64,000 nucleotides of DNA, taken from the IMG/VR virus record IMGVR_UViG_3300012156_000141. One strand, given 5' to 3'. Below the pieces are notes generated by a model that worked only from the letters and a program-made list of their open reading frames with translations, made no database searches and was not told the origin of the DNA. This document shows positions 19,945-30,386 of the stretch, one piece after another. Each line of letters begins with the position of its first letter. Position 1 is the first letter of the stretch. The DNA is from a virus. The position numbers and the translations under genes were made by a program.

Positions 19945-20162
19945 AAGCAGAGTACCACATCCTCTAAGGGTGTGGGTGAATGCGTTCGATTTTACATACT
20001 ATTTAGAGGAAATAAAAGTAATTGGATTTTATGAGTTAAATAAAAGTATTCCGGTAAAACGGATAGCGGTCTAATGAACAGACCATGGCGGTACGAACCC
20101 TAACGGGTCACGGCTACCTGAAACTATCACTTCTAAGCATTGCGAAAGTGGTGGTAGTTCAT
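19945..20162 (+). mobile_element. Non-autonomous IS200/IS605 derivative: left-end hairpin plus TnpB-type right end/omegaRNA scaffold, no tnpB
   Basis: Hairpin CCACATCCT-CTA-AGGGTGTGG (19955-19975). 3' part CCGGTAAAACGGATAGCGGT...CTATCACTT..AAGTGGTGGTAGTTCAT. Bases 20025-20162 closely match the reverse complement of 48804-48944. Confidence 0.7.
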
Positions 20163-20178
20163 AAAAAGGAGTATTTAT

Positions 20179-20586
20179 ATGAGAACTATAAGTAAAAAGA
20201 ATATATGTATTTTTTTATTAACAATATTTTTGGGTATGTGTTTTTTTAATATTACAAATACTTATGCAACTAATACTTCAACTGAAGCAGCAGGAGAAAC
20301 AATGAGCGTTATAATAGGAGAAGGTGAGGAACTTAATATCGGAGGCGATAGCGATGCGGCGGGCCAATTAGAAGAATTTATTATTGGCTCTGACGATAAT
20401 CCTGGGTTTCTAGATATTGTATCGCAATTGGGTTTTGTGCTAATAGCCTTTGGCCTTGGCCAAATTTTTTTGGCATTTAAAGATGATAATGCAGATTCTA
20501 AAGCCAGAGGAGCAATGATCCTTTTAGGTGGAGTATTCTGTGTGATGATAAAAGTTATATTAGGAAGCATAGGTGTAACTTTATAG
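20179..20586 (+). CDS. VirB2/TrbC-like pilin, copy 3
   Basis: Signal-like leader and GQIFLAFKDDNADSKARGAMIL. Confidence 0.7.
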   Translation: MRTISKKNICIFLLTIFLGMCFFNITNTYATNTSTEAAGETMSVIIGEGEELNIGGDSDAAGQLEEFIIGSDDNPGFLDIVSQLGFVLIAFGLGQIFLAFKDDNADSKARGAMILLGGVFCVMIKVILGSIGVTL

Positions 20587-20597
20587 GAGGGAATTAA

Positions 20598-21410
20598 ATG
20601 GAAACGATGTTAGTTAATATGGTGAATATGATTTTTGGAAGTGGTTTTATTCAAGATTGCATTGATGCTATTAATCATAGCATTTATGATGATAGCGGTA
20701 TAGTCCATGCTGAAATTACAAATGTAATAACATCTATTGAAGCACCGGTTAAGGCTGTGGCTGCAGTAATGCTGGTAATGTATTTATTAATTGAACTTAT
20801 GGAAAAGATGACTTCTGATTCTTTTAATTCAGAGCAATTTGTAAAATTATTAATGAAATTCGTTATTGGCCAGGTTATTATCAATAATGCAATTAGTTGG
20901 TCATTGACTTTTATGTCAGTAGGATCTGCGTTTATGTGTGATATCGCCAATAATTTAAGAGGATCAGTCATTTCAATAGAGGGAGTGGCAAGTGCTATTG
21001 AAGCTATGGGATTTTGGGATAAATTATGTTCAATAGTAATATTGCTACTTCCACTATTAGTATCATTTCTATTGAAAATAGCTGTATGTTTTATGGCATA
21101 TAGTCGTGCTATTGAAATTGTAGTAAGAGCTGCAATGTCTCCAATTGGTTGTGCTGATGTGGTGACAGGTGGTTCCCATTCATCAGGATTTCGATATTTA
21201 AGAAGAATGCTTGGAATTTCTTTACAAGGTGGAATGATGATTGTGGTTGTTATGGCTGCTTCAGCAGTATTGTCAACAAGTTCTATCTTTGATGCGGGAT
21301 TTCAAATTACAGATATCATGTTTTTAGGTCGATACTTTGGAGTTATGGCAGCAATGGTTGGAATGCTTGGAACTACAAAGCAAATAGCTAATGAAGTAGT
21401 TGGAGCCTAA
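20598..21410 (+). CDS. VirB6/TrbL-like polytopic T4SS membrane protein
   Basis: Multiple TMs, RAIEIVVRAAMSPIG..FRYLRRMLGISLQG, located between pilins and prgI. Confidence 0.8.
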   Translation: METMLVNMVNMIFGSGFIQDCIDAINHSIYDDSGIVHAEITNVITSIEAPVKAVAAVMLVMYLLIELMEKMTSDSFNSEQFVKLLMKFVIGQVIINNAISWSLTFMSVGSAFMCDIANNLRGSVISIEGVASAIEAMGFWDKLCSIVILLLPLLVSFLLKIAVCFMAYSRAIEIVVRAAMSPIGCADVVTGGSHSSGFRYLRRMLGISLQGGMMIVVVMAASAVLSTSSIFDAGFQITDIMFLGRYFGVMAAMVGMLGTTKQIANEVVGA

Positions 21411-21426
21411 TAGGAGGTGATAGTTC

Positions 21427-21840
21427 ATGTTGGTAGCTCAAATTCCAAAAGATATAAGAAAGTATGATGCCAAGTTAGTAGGCCCATTTACAGCGAGACA
21501 ACTAGTCTGTTTTATTGGAGGCACTGCTGCATCATATGGTTGTTATAAATTATTAGGTGCTGCATTGGGTGGCTCTACATTTACAGTATGTTCATTATTT
21601 GCAGTCCCATTCATTTTAGTGGGTTGGATAAAACCATATGGAATGGCTTTTGAAAAATTCTTTAAATCAGCCTTTATTAGTACAGTATTGGCACCTCGAA
21701 ATAGAAAATATAAAACAAAGAATTTCTATGCTCAAGCAGCAGATACAATAGAGAAAATGAGTGATTCTGAATATAAGAAACGAATAAGAAAAGAAAAGAA
21801 GCTCGTTCAAAAAAATGAAAAATTCATTGCCTATAAGTAA
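21427..21840 (+). CDS. prgI: PrgI-family (VirB3-like) protein
   Basis: IPKDIRKYDAKLVGPFTARQL, two TMs, KPYGMAFEKF. Confidence 0.9.
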   Translation: MLVAQIPKDIRKYDAKLVGPFTARQLVCFIGGTAASYGCYKLLGAALGGSTFTVCSLFAVPFILVGWIKPYGMAFEKFFKSAFISTVLAPRNRKYKTKNFYAQAADTIEKMSDSEYKKRIRKEKKLVQKNEKFIAYK

Positions 21841-21880
21841 TTAGAGAGTACTGATTTAGAAGTCAGTACTCTTTTTCTAA
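21841..21880 (+). terminator. Intrinsic terminator-like hairpin
   Basis: AGAGTACTGA-TTTAGAAG-TCAGTACTCT followed by TTTT. Confidence 0.75.
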
Positions 21881-21947
21881 TTAAAATGCCTGGTTTTTGT
21901 AAATTCAAATTTCATAATAATTTTGAATATAAAATCAGGAGGGCTAT

Positions 21948-24503
21948 ATGTTTAAAAATAAAAAAGTTGAAAGGAATCTGGGATTTGGAAACACAGATGA
22001 GAATATTACGGAAAACCAACAAAACAAAAGTAATAATAAGGAAAAAGATAAATCTACTTCTAAAAAAGTAAAGAAGGGCAAAAAAAATAAAAACATAATT
22101 TCAATCCCTAAAACAGTTCAAGAATCAATTCCTTATCTTGCTGTATATAAAAATGGAATAATGGAGTTAGAGCCAGGTGTATTTTCTAAATCATACAAAT
22201 TGGAAGATGTAAATTTTAAAGTGGCAACAGACGAAGAACAACGTAAGATTTTTGATAGATATGTTGACTTTTTAAATACATTTGATTCAGACATTCGAAT
22301 TGAGTTGACAATTTTCAATAGAAATATTGATGAGGAACATATACGAAAAAAAATCCTCATTCCATATGGGCGAGATGGTTTAAATGAATATCGTGAAGAG
22401 TATAACGCGATGCTTCGAGATAAAATGAAAGAAGGACGAAATAATATCGTCAAAGAAAAATATATTACTTTGACTATGAATGCCATGGATTCAGAAGACG
22501 CTTTTACTAAGTTTTCCAAAATAGATGGTGAAGTTAGTGCATCTATTAAACGAATTAATGGAATTGATACAGAGCCAATGACAGCAGTTGAAAGACTTGA
22601 AGTGTTAGCAGACATTTATGGAGATAATGTAAACGGAAATGAATTCTATAGAAAAGTAAAAGTTGCTGATCAAGAAGTAAAAAGTTTTGATTTTTCATGG
22701 ATGTTAAAACAAGGTTTAACAACAAAAGATTTAATTGGACCGTCTTCATTTTCATTTGAAAGAGAATACTGCATGATTGGCGATAAATATGCAAAATCAT
22801 TATTTATTGATAATCTGCCAACATGGATTGACTCAAACATATTAACCGAGATTACAGAGTTAAATTCTAATATGTTAACGAGTATTGTATTTAGAAAATT
22901 AAGAGCAGATAAGGCATCAACCTTGCTAAAAAATCAGTTAATTAATATTAACTCTAACGTGGTAGATGCACAAAAACGTGCCGCTAAGGCAGGCTACAGT
23001 GCGGATTTAATTTCTCCAGAATTATTAAGAGCACAAAAAGAAGCACAGGTACTAATGGATGATCTTACATTAAATAATCAAAGTTTGATTTTAGCAACTT
23101 TTGTTATCACACTTATGGGTTCTACATTAGATGAGTTAAATAAAAACTTAGAATTGTTAAAAACAATCATGGGTAAATATATGTGTCAAATTAAAAGTTT
23201 AAATTTCCAACAGGAAAAAGGACTTTCAACAGCTCTTCCTTTGGGTCGCTGTGACGTATTTACTGATCGATTATTGACGACAGAATCAGCTGCAATTTTT
23301 ATTCCATTTTCATCGCAGGAATTATCACAAGTAAATGGAATGTACTATGGTCTAAATGCTGTATCGAAGAACTTAATCCTATTTAACCGAAAGAACTCTA
23401 AAAATGCTAATGGTGTTATTTTAGGAACACCTGGTAGTGGAAAGAGTTTCTCTGCTAAAAGAGAAATGGTAAACGTTATTTTAAATACCGATGATGATAT
23501 TTATATTATTGACCCAGAACGAGAGTACTTGCCTCTAGCAGAACTTTTAGGCGGTTCAGTAATAAGAATAGCTGCTGGTGGAACTACATATTTGAACCCT
23601 ATGGATATGGATATTGATTATGGCCGAGATGATGAAAAAGTTGCAACCGATCCCATCGCTATGAAGTGTGACTTTATCGCTGGTTTATGTGAGACAATGT
23701 CAGGTGATAAGAGAGCTTTATCTGCAACACAAAAATCAATCGTGGATAGATGTGTCAGAATTATGTATCAGCCATATTTGAAACATATGAGTGATGTTCA
23801 AAAGAAAGATCCAAGCATCACTTGTGATATTACTGCATCTCCAACCTTAAAAGAATTTTATGAGATGTTATTAGGTCAGCCAGAGTTTGAATCACAATCT
23901 TTGGCTTTGTCCCTGGAGCGTTTCTGTATAGGTTCATTAGATACTTTTGCTCATCGTACCAATGTGCAGCGTAATAATCGCTTTGTCGTTTACGATATTA
24001 AAGACATTGGCGATGGTATGAAGGAATTAGGCCTTCAGGTATGCCTGAATGCCGTATGGAATCAGATTATTGAAAATAAAAAGAAAAATCGTTATACATG
24101 GTTCTATCTTGATGAGTTTTACTTGCTGACACAAACTGCTTCTTCCGCGGCATTTTTACAACAGGTCTACAAAAGAGCTAGGAAGTGGCAAGGCATTCCG
24201 ACCGGGATTACGCAGAATGTTGGCGATCTACTCGCATCACCACAAGTCGTAGCCATTTTAAATAACTGTGATTTTATCATGATGCTAAATCAATCTCCAA
24301 TGGATAAAATGCAGTTAGCCCAATTGTTAAATATCAGTCCCACTCAGTTAAGTTATATTACCAACTCTGACCCTGGACAGGGATTAATTTATACCGGGAA
24401 ATCAATCGTACCATTTATAGATAAATTTCCAACTAACAATAAGTTATACAAGGTTATGACAACAAAACCAGATGACTTAAAGGAACAGACTCGTCAATAT
24501 TAA
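21948..24503 (+). CDS. virB4: VirB4-like conjugative ATPase
   Basis: GTPGSGKS, IIDPEREY, YLDEFY, KRARKWQGIPTGITQN. Confidence 0.95.
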   Translation: MFKNKKVERNLGFGNTDENITENQQNKSNNKEKDKSTSKKVKKGKKNKNIISIPKTVQESIPYLAVYKNGIMELEPGVFSKSYKLEDVNFKVATDEEQRKIFDRYVDFLNTFDSDIRIELTIFNRNIDEEHIRKKILIPYGRDGLNEYREEYNAMLRDKMKEGRNNIVKEKYITLTMNAMDSEDAFTKFSKIDGEVSASIKRINGIDTEPMTAVERLEVLADIYGDNVNGNEFYRKVKVADQEVKSFDFSWMLKQGLTTKDLIGPSSFSFEREYCMIGDKYAKSLFIDNLPTWIDSNILTEITELNSNMLTSIVFRKLRADKASTLLKNQLININSNVVDAQKRAAKAGYSADLISPELLRAQKEAQVLMDDLTLNNQSLILATFVITLMGSTLDELNKNLELLKTIMGKYMCQIKSLNFQQEKGLSTALPLGRCDVFTDRLLTTESAAIFIPFSSQELSQVNGMYYGLNAVSKNLILFNRKNSKNANGVILGTPGSGKSFSAKREMVNVILNTDDDIYIIDPEREYLPLAELLGGSVIRIAAGGTTYLNPMDMDIDYGRDDEKVATDPIAMKCDFIAGLCETMSGDKRALSATQKSIVDRCVRIMYQPYLKHMSDVQKKDPSITCDITASPTLKEFYEMLLGQPEFESQSLALSLERFCIGSLDTFAHRTNVQRNNRFVVYDIKDIGDGMKELGLQVCLNAVWNQIIENKKKNRYTWFYLDEFYLLTQTASSAAFLQQVYKRARKWQGIPTGITQNVGDLLASPQVVAILNNCDFIMMLNQSPMDKMQLAQLLNISPTQLSYITNSDPGQGLIYTGKSIVPFIDKFPTNNKLYKVMTTKPDDLKEQTRQY

Positions 24504-24668
24504 TGTGCAGATACAAAATGGTTTTATACTTTTCGGAGCCAAAAAGACAAAATAGTTTCATATAAATCGGGATATACCTTTGTAAAACACCCTAATATTC
24601 GCATTTTTCGGTAGGCAGTATACAACTATTTTGTAATTTCCAGTATCAAACTATTTTGTCTGCATACA
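24504..24668. mobile_element. 165-bp MITE with TGT...ACA ends, paired subterminal repeats and flanking TTAA
   Basis: Four copies of (T/G)ACAAAATRGTT..ATA: direct at 24512 and 24546, inverted at 24617-24635 and 24642-24660. TTAA at 24500-24503 and 24669-24672. Confidence 0.65.
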
Positions 24669-24700
24669 TTAATGAGTTAATAGAGCACCTTAGTTAATAA

Positions 24701-24904
24701 GATGCTTTAAAATTGGCAGTAAAGAATGGTCACTTGGAAGTAGTCAAATTTTTGATAGAACATGGTGCTGATGTTCATGTCTTTAACGATTGGGCTTTAG
24801 CATGTGCTGCAAAAAATGGTCATTTAGAAGTCGTTAAATGTTTGGAGAATCAAGTCAAAAAAATAGCAAACATTAATGATACAGATATTCCGTTAAACAT
24901 ATAA
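24701..24904 (+). pseudogene. 5'-truncated ankyrin-repeat gene, paralog of 39043-39750
   Basis: DALKLAVKNGHLEVVKFLIEHGADVH with an in-frame stop just upstream. The C-terminus and about 60 nt of 3' flank match 39660-39810. Confidence 0.8.
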
Positions 24905-25025
24905 AAACAGAAAATTGATTGTAATACGATTTATCAAAAACAAAAAGAGGCCTTTGGGTTTCTTTTTGTTTTTTTAAGAGTATTTTTTACATAATAGTAT
25001 TAACAACAATATTTAGGAGGTAATT

Positions 25026-25754
25026 ATGAATTTAATAGATTTTATCAAAATGGCAAATGGTTTAGATGAAAAAAATTTGCCTAAAAGTACAGCAATTGTT
25101 TGCTTAACAGAATTATCAGAAAATGAAAATAACGAATTAGTTAGCAATATTAAACAAATGGTTACGTTATTAACACCTGAAATAAAAATAGATTATTTTA
25201 CTGATAGTAATGATGATAATGGATACATAGAAGTACGAGTTCGTTTTGATAGCCCAAATAGTAATGAATTAAGAATTTTATGGAATATGTTAGAAAAATA
25301 TAGAGAATTAAATTATATAGATGATATTCCAATTGACACAGATATCGAAATAAAAAGCGATACAATAATTGAAATGATGATTGTTCCAAGAGAGATTTCT
25401 GAAACAGATCCGATATTTTTAGAGTTAGCTTTTCCAATTAATTTTAATTTGTGTTCTGGTGAGCCAGGGAAAATTGCAGATACACTAGACTTCTTTTTTA
25501 ATGTTAATGGATGCCTATTCCATGAAAACGATTATATAGATATAGCGGAGTTAAGCAAGGAAACAGATGATTATGTCAGGGATATGGAAGTTGAACTCAG
25601 AAAAGAACAAGAATACTTAGAAGAACAACAAAAACAAGAAGAGGAAAATTTAAGAAAGCAAATGGATTCAATAAATCAAACAATAGATAATCCAGAGGAG
25701 ATTATTAGAATCAGACTTGGAGGCAAAGTCAATGAAAAAGACGATGATGAATAA
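25026..25754 (+). CDS. Hypothetical acidic protein in the transfer region
   Basis: 242 aa with AGGAGG RBS. Confidence 0.75.
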   Translation: MNLIDFIKMANGLDEKNLPKSTAIVCLTELSENENNELVSNIKQMVTLLTPEIKIDYFTDSNDDNGYIEVRVRFDSPNSNELRILWNMLEKYRELNYIDDIPIDTDIEIKSDTIIEMMIVPREISETDPIFLELAFPINFNLCSGEPGKIADTLDFFFNVNGCLFHENDYIDIAELSKETDDYVRDMEVELRKEQEYLEEQQKQEEENLRKQMDSINQTIDNPEEIIRIRLGGKVNEKDDDE

Positions 25755-26157
25755 TTTTTTAATGTTGTTTATCTTGTTTTTTGCAACCACATCTGTGGCT
25801 TGGTCGAACTCCATCGTTGATGGATTTGTTTTTGGATTCCAGTGTTTTGCTTCAGAAAAAGCAACTAATGAATCAGATTTTGACAATATGACAATAGACG
25901 AATTTATGGATACAATTGGAAATTTGAATATTAATGATTTTCAACAATCCTTTAAAAATCTTGAAGGAATCACAATACCGGTAGAAAAAATAGAGGAAGA
26001 CACAGAACCACTAGAAAATAGTATATTCCAGAATGCAAAAAATGCTTTTTTGTGGATTACAACACAATTATGGAACATTAAAGTATCTTTAATTATTCTA
26101 TTAGGATTGTTCAGTGCTTATCAATATATTATTATTAAAAAACGAAAGGAGGTATAA
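25732..26157 (+). CDS. Hypothetical membrane protein
   Basis: N- and C-terminal hydrophobic segments, overlaps the upstream gene, GGAGG at about 25719. Confidence 0.6.
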   Translation: MKKTMMNNFLMLFILFFATTSVAWSNSIVDGFVFGFQCFASEKATNESDFDNMTIDEFMDTIGNLNINDFQQSFKNLEGITIPVEKIEEDTEPLENSIFQNAKNAFLWITTQLWNIKVSLIILLGLFSAYQYIIIKKRKEV

Positions 26158-26158
26158 A

Positions 26159-29100
26159 GTGGCAAGAACACCAGGAAGAGTAAGAAGTCATACAGATGAG
26201 CGATTTAATTTAAACAACATCAAAAAAGGTGCTGAAAAAAGAGCTCATGATGATTTTTTTAGTAGTTTAAAAGAAAAAACAGGGATATCTTTAGAAAGTG
26301 GAGTAGCGAGAGATGTCGCTGGTATTGGAAACAATATTAATTCCATGACTAAGGAATTAGTAAATAGCAATATTCAGCAAATATCAAGAGCAGCGCTTAA
26401 TGCTGCAAGTAATGGAGAACGAAGTAATACCTTGCAAAACTTTATGGGTGTTTCGAAATTAGGAATTGTTATGTTATCTAATGCTGGAGTTAATATCCAA
26501 AATAAAGAAAATATGGCAAAAGCTATTGACCTTGAGAATAGTGTTTTTAATAAAACCAATTTAGAACAACTAAACCAAACACTAATTAGAAATAATGTTA
26601 TATATCCAGAAGATAAATTAATAATCAATAAAAACGATATGTATAAAAGCCTTACTAAAATGCAAAGTAAACTGGATATATATACAAGCGAAAAGTTTAG
26701 ATACGATGTCTCTAGAGAAAGCACAAAAGGTTTAGTTAATCGATTGCAAACAGCAAAAAAAAATGGGAACCAGCAAGATCTAGTAAATATTTTAGAAACC
26801 CAAATAGGAATTAATGAATTAATAAAAAGAAATTCACCAAAGATCCAAAGACAATCAAGATTAAGCGGGAATATTAAACTTTTAGTTAATATGAATGTCA
26901 ATAATGAAACTCTTCGTGGGTATAATAGTATTAATAATTACAGAGCTATGTCGAAAACACTGGTAAGAGGAACTCATATTTATTATAAATCCTTAGCTAA
27001 AGGACTGGTGAAAGTTACTGACTTTGGAATAAGAGGAACTGCTGTCGGATTAAATTATATTGGATTACAGCCAGCGGCTAATACTATATTATCAGCAAGA
27101 TCAAAAGCTATAAATGCTAGTAGTTCAGTAAATCATGCAATGAAAACCGCAAAGATTAGTATAAGAAATACAAAAAGACGAACTACTGGAAAAATTAAAC
27201 ATGGAGTTGTAGTGACTGGGCGAGCTACTGGTAAAGTGGTTGTAAAAGGTGCTCAAAAAGTTGGTGACAAAGTGACAAATACTCATGTCTATAGTAAAGT
27301 TGCTGGAGCAGCCCAAAACGTTGGTTCAAAAGTGGTTAATTCAAGAGTTGGAAAGACAACAAAAAAAGTACATACAGTTGGTAAAAAAGTTACTAAGAAA
27401 GTAGCGCCCAAAGCTAAAACAGTAGGAAGAGTACTTTCCAAGCCATTTAAGATGGTAGGACAGGCGACTAAAAGCTTATTAAAGGGATTAAATGTTTTTA
27501 GTTTGCTTATTAAAAAGGTTGCAATTGTTGTTGGTGCTGCAATAGGTGGTCTTGCAATCGCTTCGACGGCTTTTGTTCTAATAGTAGGAAGTCTTACAGT
27601 AGTTGGAGATGCTGTTAGTAAAAGTCTTAATGATTTCAAAACCAATACAACAATGGGTGCCACTTATGCGAAGCTACTTGAAAAAGAACAACAGTTTAAT
27701 GAAGCTGTTATGAATCTAACAAATACAGTACCTGTACCAACAGGCTATGAATCTTATAAAATTACACAATATACAAATGTTAATGTTCACTATCTTGGCG
27801 CTGATGGCAAGGAACTTTCTTGGAGTGGCGCTGTAGGTGATGTAAATGTTGATCCATCTGAAGTAACTGATACTGTGTGGACCTATATGAAAAAGAAGGG
27901 ATGGACGGATTTTGCTATAGCAGGACTACTGGGAAATATGCAGCAAGAGAGCTCTTTTAACACAACATGTCTTGAATCATCCGCAGATGATGGTAGTGCA
28001 ACTGCATTAAACAGCGGTTATGGATTATGTCAATGGACTAATACTCAAGGAAATACACATGGCCGAAGATATGGATTGTTTCAATATGCGGCGAGCCATG
28101 GTGGAGCACCAAGTGATATAAAAATGCAATTGGATTATTTATTGTATGGTGAAGGAAGTGACTCTGCACTTGCTAGAGAATATGGAAAAAAGGATTTTTC
28201 TTCAGTAGCAGAAGCTACTGCTTATTTTTGCAACAAATGGGAACGTCCTAATGCGGCATTAGCACATTTATCAGATGTAAGAATTCCAGCAGCTCAAAAA
28301 TTTTATAATTATTATTCAAGTAATGCCGAATTTTCCAGTATAGTTGCTGATGATATAGAAGAAGATACTTCTGGTGATGAGGCAATCATTGCTTCTGGAT
28401 ATTCTACTTCAAATACAACTACCATTAAGGGAATCCTATCAATGGCTGCAGTATATATTGATCAAGACTTCAAAAAATATGGAGCTTATACAGATGGAGT
28501 TTTCGCAGATAGCGTTTATAAAGATTATTGTGCTAAGTTATATGACTCTTCTCATATTATTGGCATTGATCAAACACCACCAGTGGTATATTATTGTCCC
28601 GCATATTCAGCAACTGAAGCAGAACCAGCATATCATGCAGCAACAGATACATGTAATAATAAAATTCCTGGAAGTAGTTCAGAAAGTGCCTGGCTAAGTG
28701 CAGGAACTGGAATAGATAGAAGCTGTAGTTTATCAATGAAAAAAGAAGAAGATTCTTATGAAACAACAAACAGTGAGGGAGATACAGAAACTCATTATTA
28801 TGATAAATATACGGTGTTAGAATACGGTCCACATGGAGCATTTAATTATACATATGATCATGATGATGATGACAGAGCCACAGTTGCAAAAAATGCACGA
28901 GAAAGTTTATTGGCAACAGGCTGTGAAAATTATTCATGGCGGGTAACAGGAAAAGGTGAGGGCTATACCAGCTATGTATATGTATGTCATTGTGATGAAT
29001 GTAGAGGACATGTCGATGCTAATGCCTATGTCTTTGTCTCTAACATCTATGACCCTACTTATAATACGGCTCCAACAACCACAGTAGATGATGGTTTGAC

Positions 29101-30367
29101 AGAAGGTACTGAAAGTGAAACAGAAGAAGGTAGTACTGGAGAATTAACATCAGATGGCAAAGCTTTTGATTATGTAGATAAAAAAGATCAAGAGTATAAA
29201 TACAGTCTATATGCATTGGACAAATATGCCACGGCATTTGATAACCCAGATAGTGGTACCCGTTTTGTTTACTGTACTAATACGGAATGTTCTCATTATC
29301 AACCATATGCTACTACAAATGGTGGTTATGATGATTATAGTGTTCCAATGATAGAAATAACAATAGATGATCCTACCTGTCCTGAATGTGGAACCGAACT
29401 AAATTATCCCGTTGTAGGACGTCCAGGAGACCAGGAATCATGCGATGAGGCAGATGAAACTGGAAACAGAGCTGCCGAGCAACATGTAATGGAAGATATA
29501 ACCGGATTGCCAATGAAAATAGTTGATTGGTGGAATAATGAAAGCTGGTTTACTAATCTGTCGACAACTAAAACCTATTTTAGATTACCAGATTTTGAAG
29601 AAAGTATTGATATTTTAAATTCAGAGCCAGATGAAAATGGCGATAAGAATATTGTAAATAAAAACAATTCTTCACCATACTGGTTTAATGCTTTTACTAG
29701 CGTAAGTGGTAGAAATTCAGACTTCGAAAAACATGGTTGGGACAATGATAGCATCACAAGAGTTCGTTTATTAATGGCAAATGACTGGACAGAAATGTAT
29801 GGCATAAAGGATTTCGGATATGTTCAGGGAGCACCAATGACAGCCGCTCAAATAGCTCAGATAATAGCCAATAATCCAGATTGGAAAGACTTACCGCTTT
29901 GGAGACAACAAGTTATGGCTGTATGTGCCTCTTTAAGCCCAGGGCATCCCTATGTATGGAGTGGAAAAGCATCTTCACCGGGATTACCAGTAAAAGGGCT
30001 TGATTGTTCCGGATTTACACAATGGGCGTATTGGACAGCTACAGGTGTCAAATTAGGAGGATCAACGGGACAACAGTCTCAAGAAGACGTAACTTCAGGG
30101 AAGTTAGTAAGAATATCAGCCTCAGAGTTACTACCAGGCGATATTGGATTTAAGTTTATCGGAGGTAGTAGTTCACAATCAAATAGTAACCATGTAGGAA
30201 TTTATGCTGGAATGGAAAATGGTGTGCCAGTGTGGTGCCATGAGTCTGGTAGTACGAGTGGATATAAATTCAAAGCTGCATATTCAAATTTCACTGTGTT
30301 TTTCAGAATAAGTCCAGATTTGGTGAATGATAATGAATTTTCTAACAATGCAAATGATACAGAATAA
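26159..30367 (+). CDS. Large conjugative cell-wall hydrolase (phage-tail-lysozyme-like plus NlpC/P60), VirB1-like role
   Basis: Basic N-terminus, TM near aa 460-490, AGLLGNMQQESSFN..GYGLCQWT, and C-terminal YVWSG..GLDCSGF..PGDIGF..HVGIY. GTG start at 26159 follows AAGGAGG. Confidence 0.9.
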   Translation: MARTPGRVRSHTDERFNLNNIKKGAEKRAHDDFFSSLKEKTGISLESGVARDVAGIGNNINSMTKELVNSNIQQISRAALNAASNGERSNTLQNFMGVSKLGIVMLSNAGVNIQNKENMAKAIDLENSVFNKTNLEQLNQTLIRNNVIYPEDKLIINKNDMYKSLTKMQSKLDIYTSEKFRYDVSRESTKGLVNRLQTAKKNGNQQDLVNILETQIGINELIKRNSPKIQRQSRLSGNIKLLVNMNVNNETLRGYNSINNYRAMSKTLVRGTHIYYKSLAKGLVKVTDFGIRGTAVGLNYIGLQPAANTILSARSKAINASSSVNHAMKTAKISIRNTKRRTTGKIKHGVVVTGRATGKVVVKGAQKVGDKVTNTHVYSKVAGAAQNVGSKVVNSRVGKTTKKVHTVGKKVTKKVAPKAKTVGRVLSKPFKMVGQATKSLLKGLNVFSLLIKKVAIVVGAAIGGLAIASTAFVLIVGSLTVVGDAVSKSLNDFKTNTTMGATYAKLLEKEQQFNEAVMNLTNTVPVPTGYESYKITQYTNVNVHYLGADGKELSWSGAVGDVNVDPSEVTDTVWTYMKKKGWTDFAIAGLLGNMQQESSFNTTCLESSADDGSATALNSGYGLCQWTNTQGNTHGRRYGLFQYAASHGGAPSDIKMQLDYLLYGEGSDSALAREYGKKDFSSVAEATAYFCNKWERPNAALAHLSDVRIPAAQKFYNYYSSNAEFSSIVADDIEEDTSGDEAIIASGYSTSNTTTIKGILSMAAVYIDQDFKKYGAYTDGVFADSVYKDYCAKLYDSSHIIGIDQTPPVVYYCPAYSATEAEPAYHAATDTCNNKIPGSSSESAWLSAGTGIDRSCSLSMKKEEDSYETTNSEGDTETHYYDKYTVLEYGPHGAFNYTYDHDDDDRATVAKNARESLLATGCENYSWRVTGKGEGYTSYVYVCHCDECRGHVDANAYVFVSNIYDPTYNTAPTTTVDDGLTEGTESETEEGSTGELTSDGKAFDYVDKKDQEYKYSLYALDKYATAFDNPDSGTRFVYCTNTECSHYQPYATTNGGYDDYSVPMIEITIDDPTCPECGTELNYPVVGRPGDQESCDEADETGNRAAEQHVMEDITGLPMKIVDWWNNESWFTNLSTTKTYFRLPDFEESIDILNSEPDENGDKNIVNKNNSSPYWFNAFTSVSGRNSDFEKHGWDNDSITRVRLLMANDWTEMYGIKDFGYVQGAPMTAAQIAQIIANNPDWKDLPLWRQQVMAVCASLSPGHPYVWSGKASSPGLPVKGLDCSGFTQWAYWTATGVKLGGSTGQQSQEDVTSGKLVRISASELLPGDIGFKFIGGSSSQSNSNHVGIYAGMENGVPVWCHESGSTSGYKFKAAYSNFTVFFRISPDLVNDNEFSNNANDTE

Positions 30368-30386
30368 GATAAAATGGAGGGTATTT

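Noticed and set aside
21886-22071. 61-aa ORF overlapping the start of virB4
   Set aside because: Alternative frame over a lysine-rich region. The RBS belongs to virB4.
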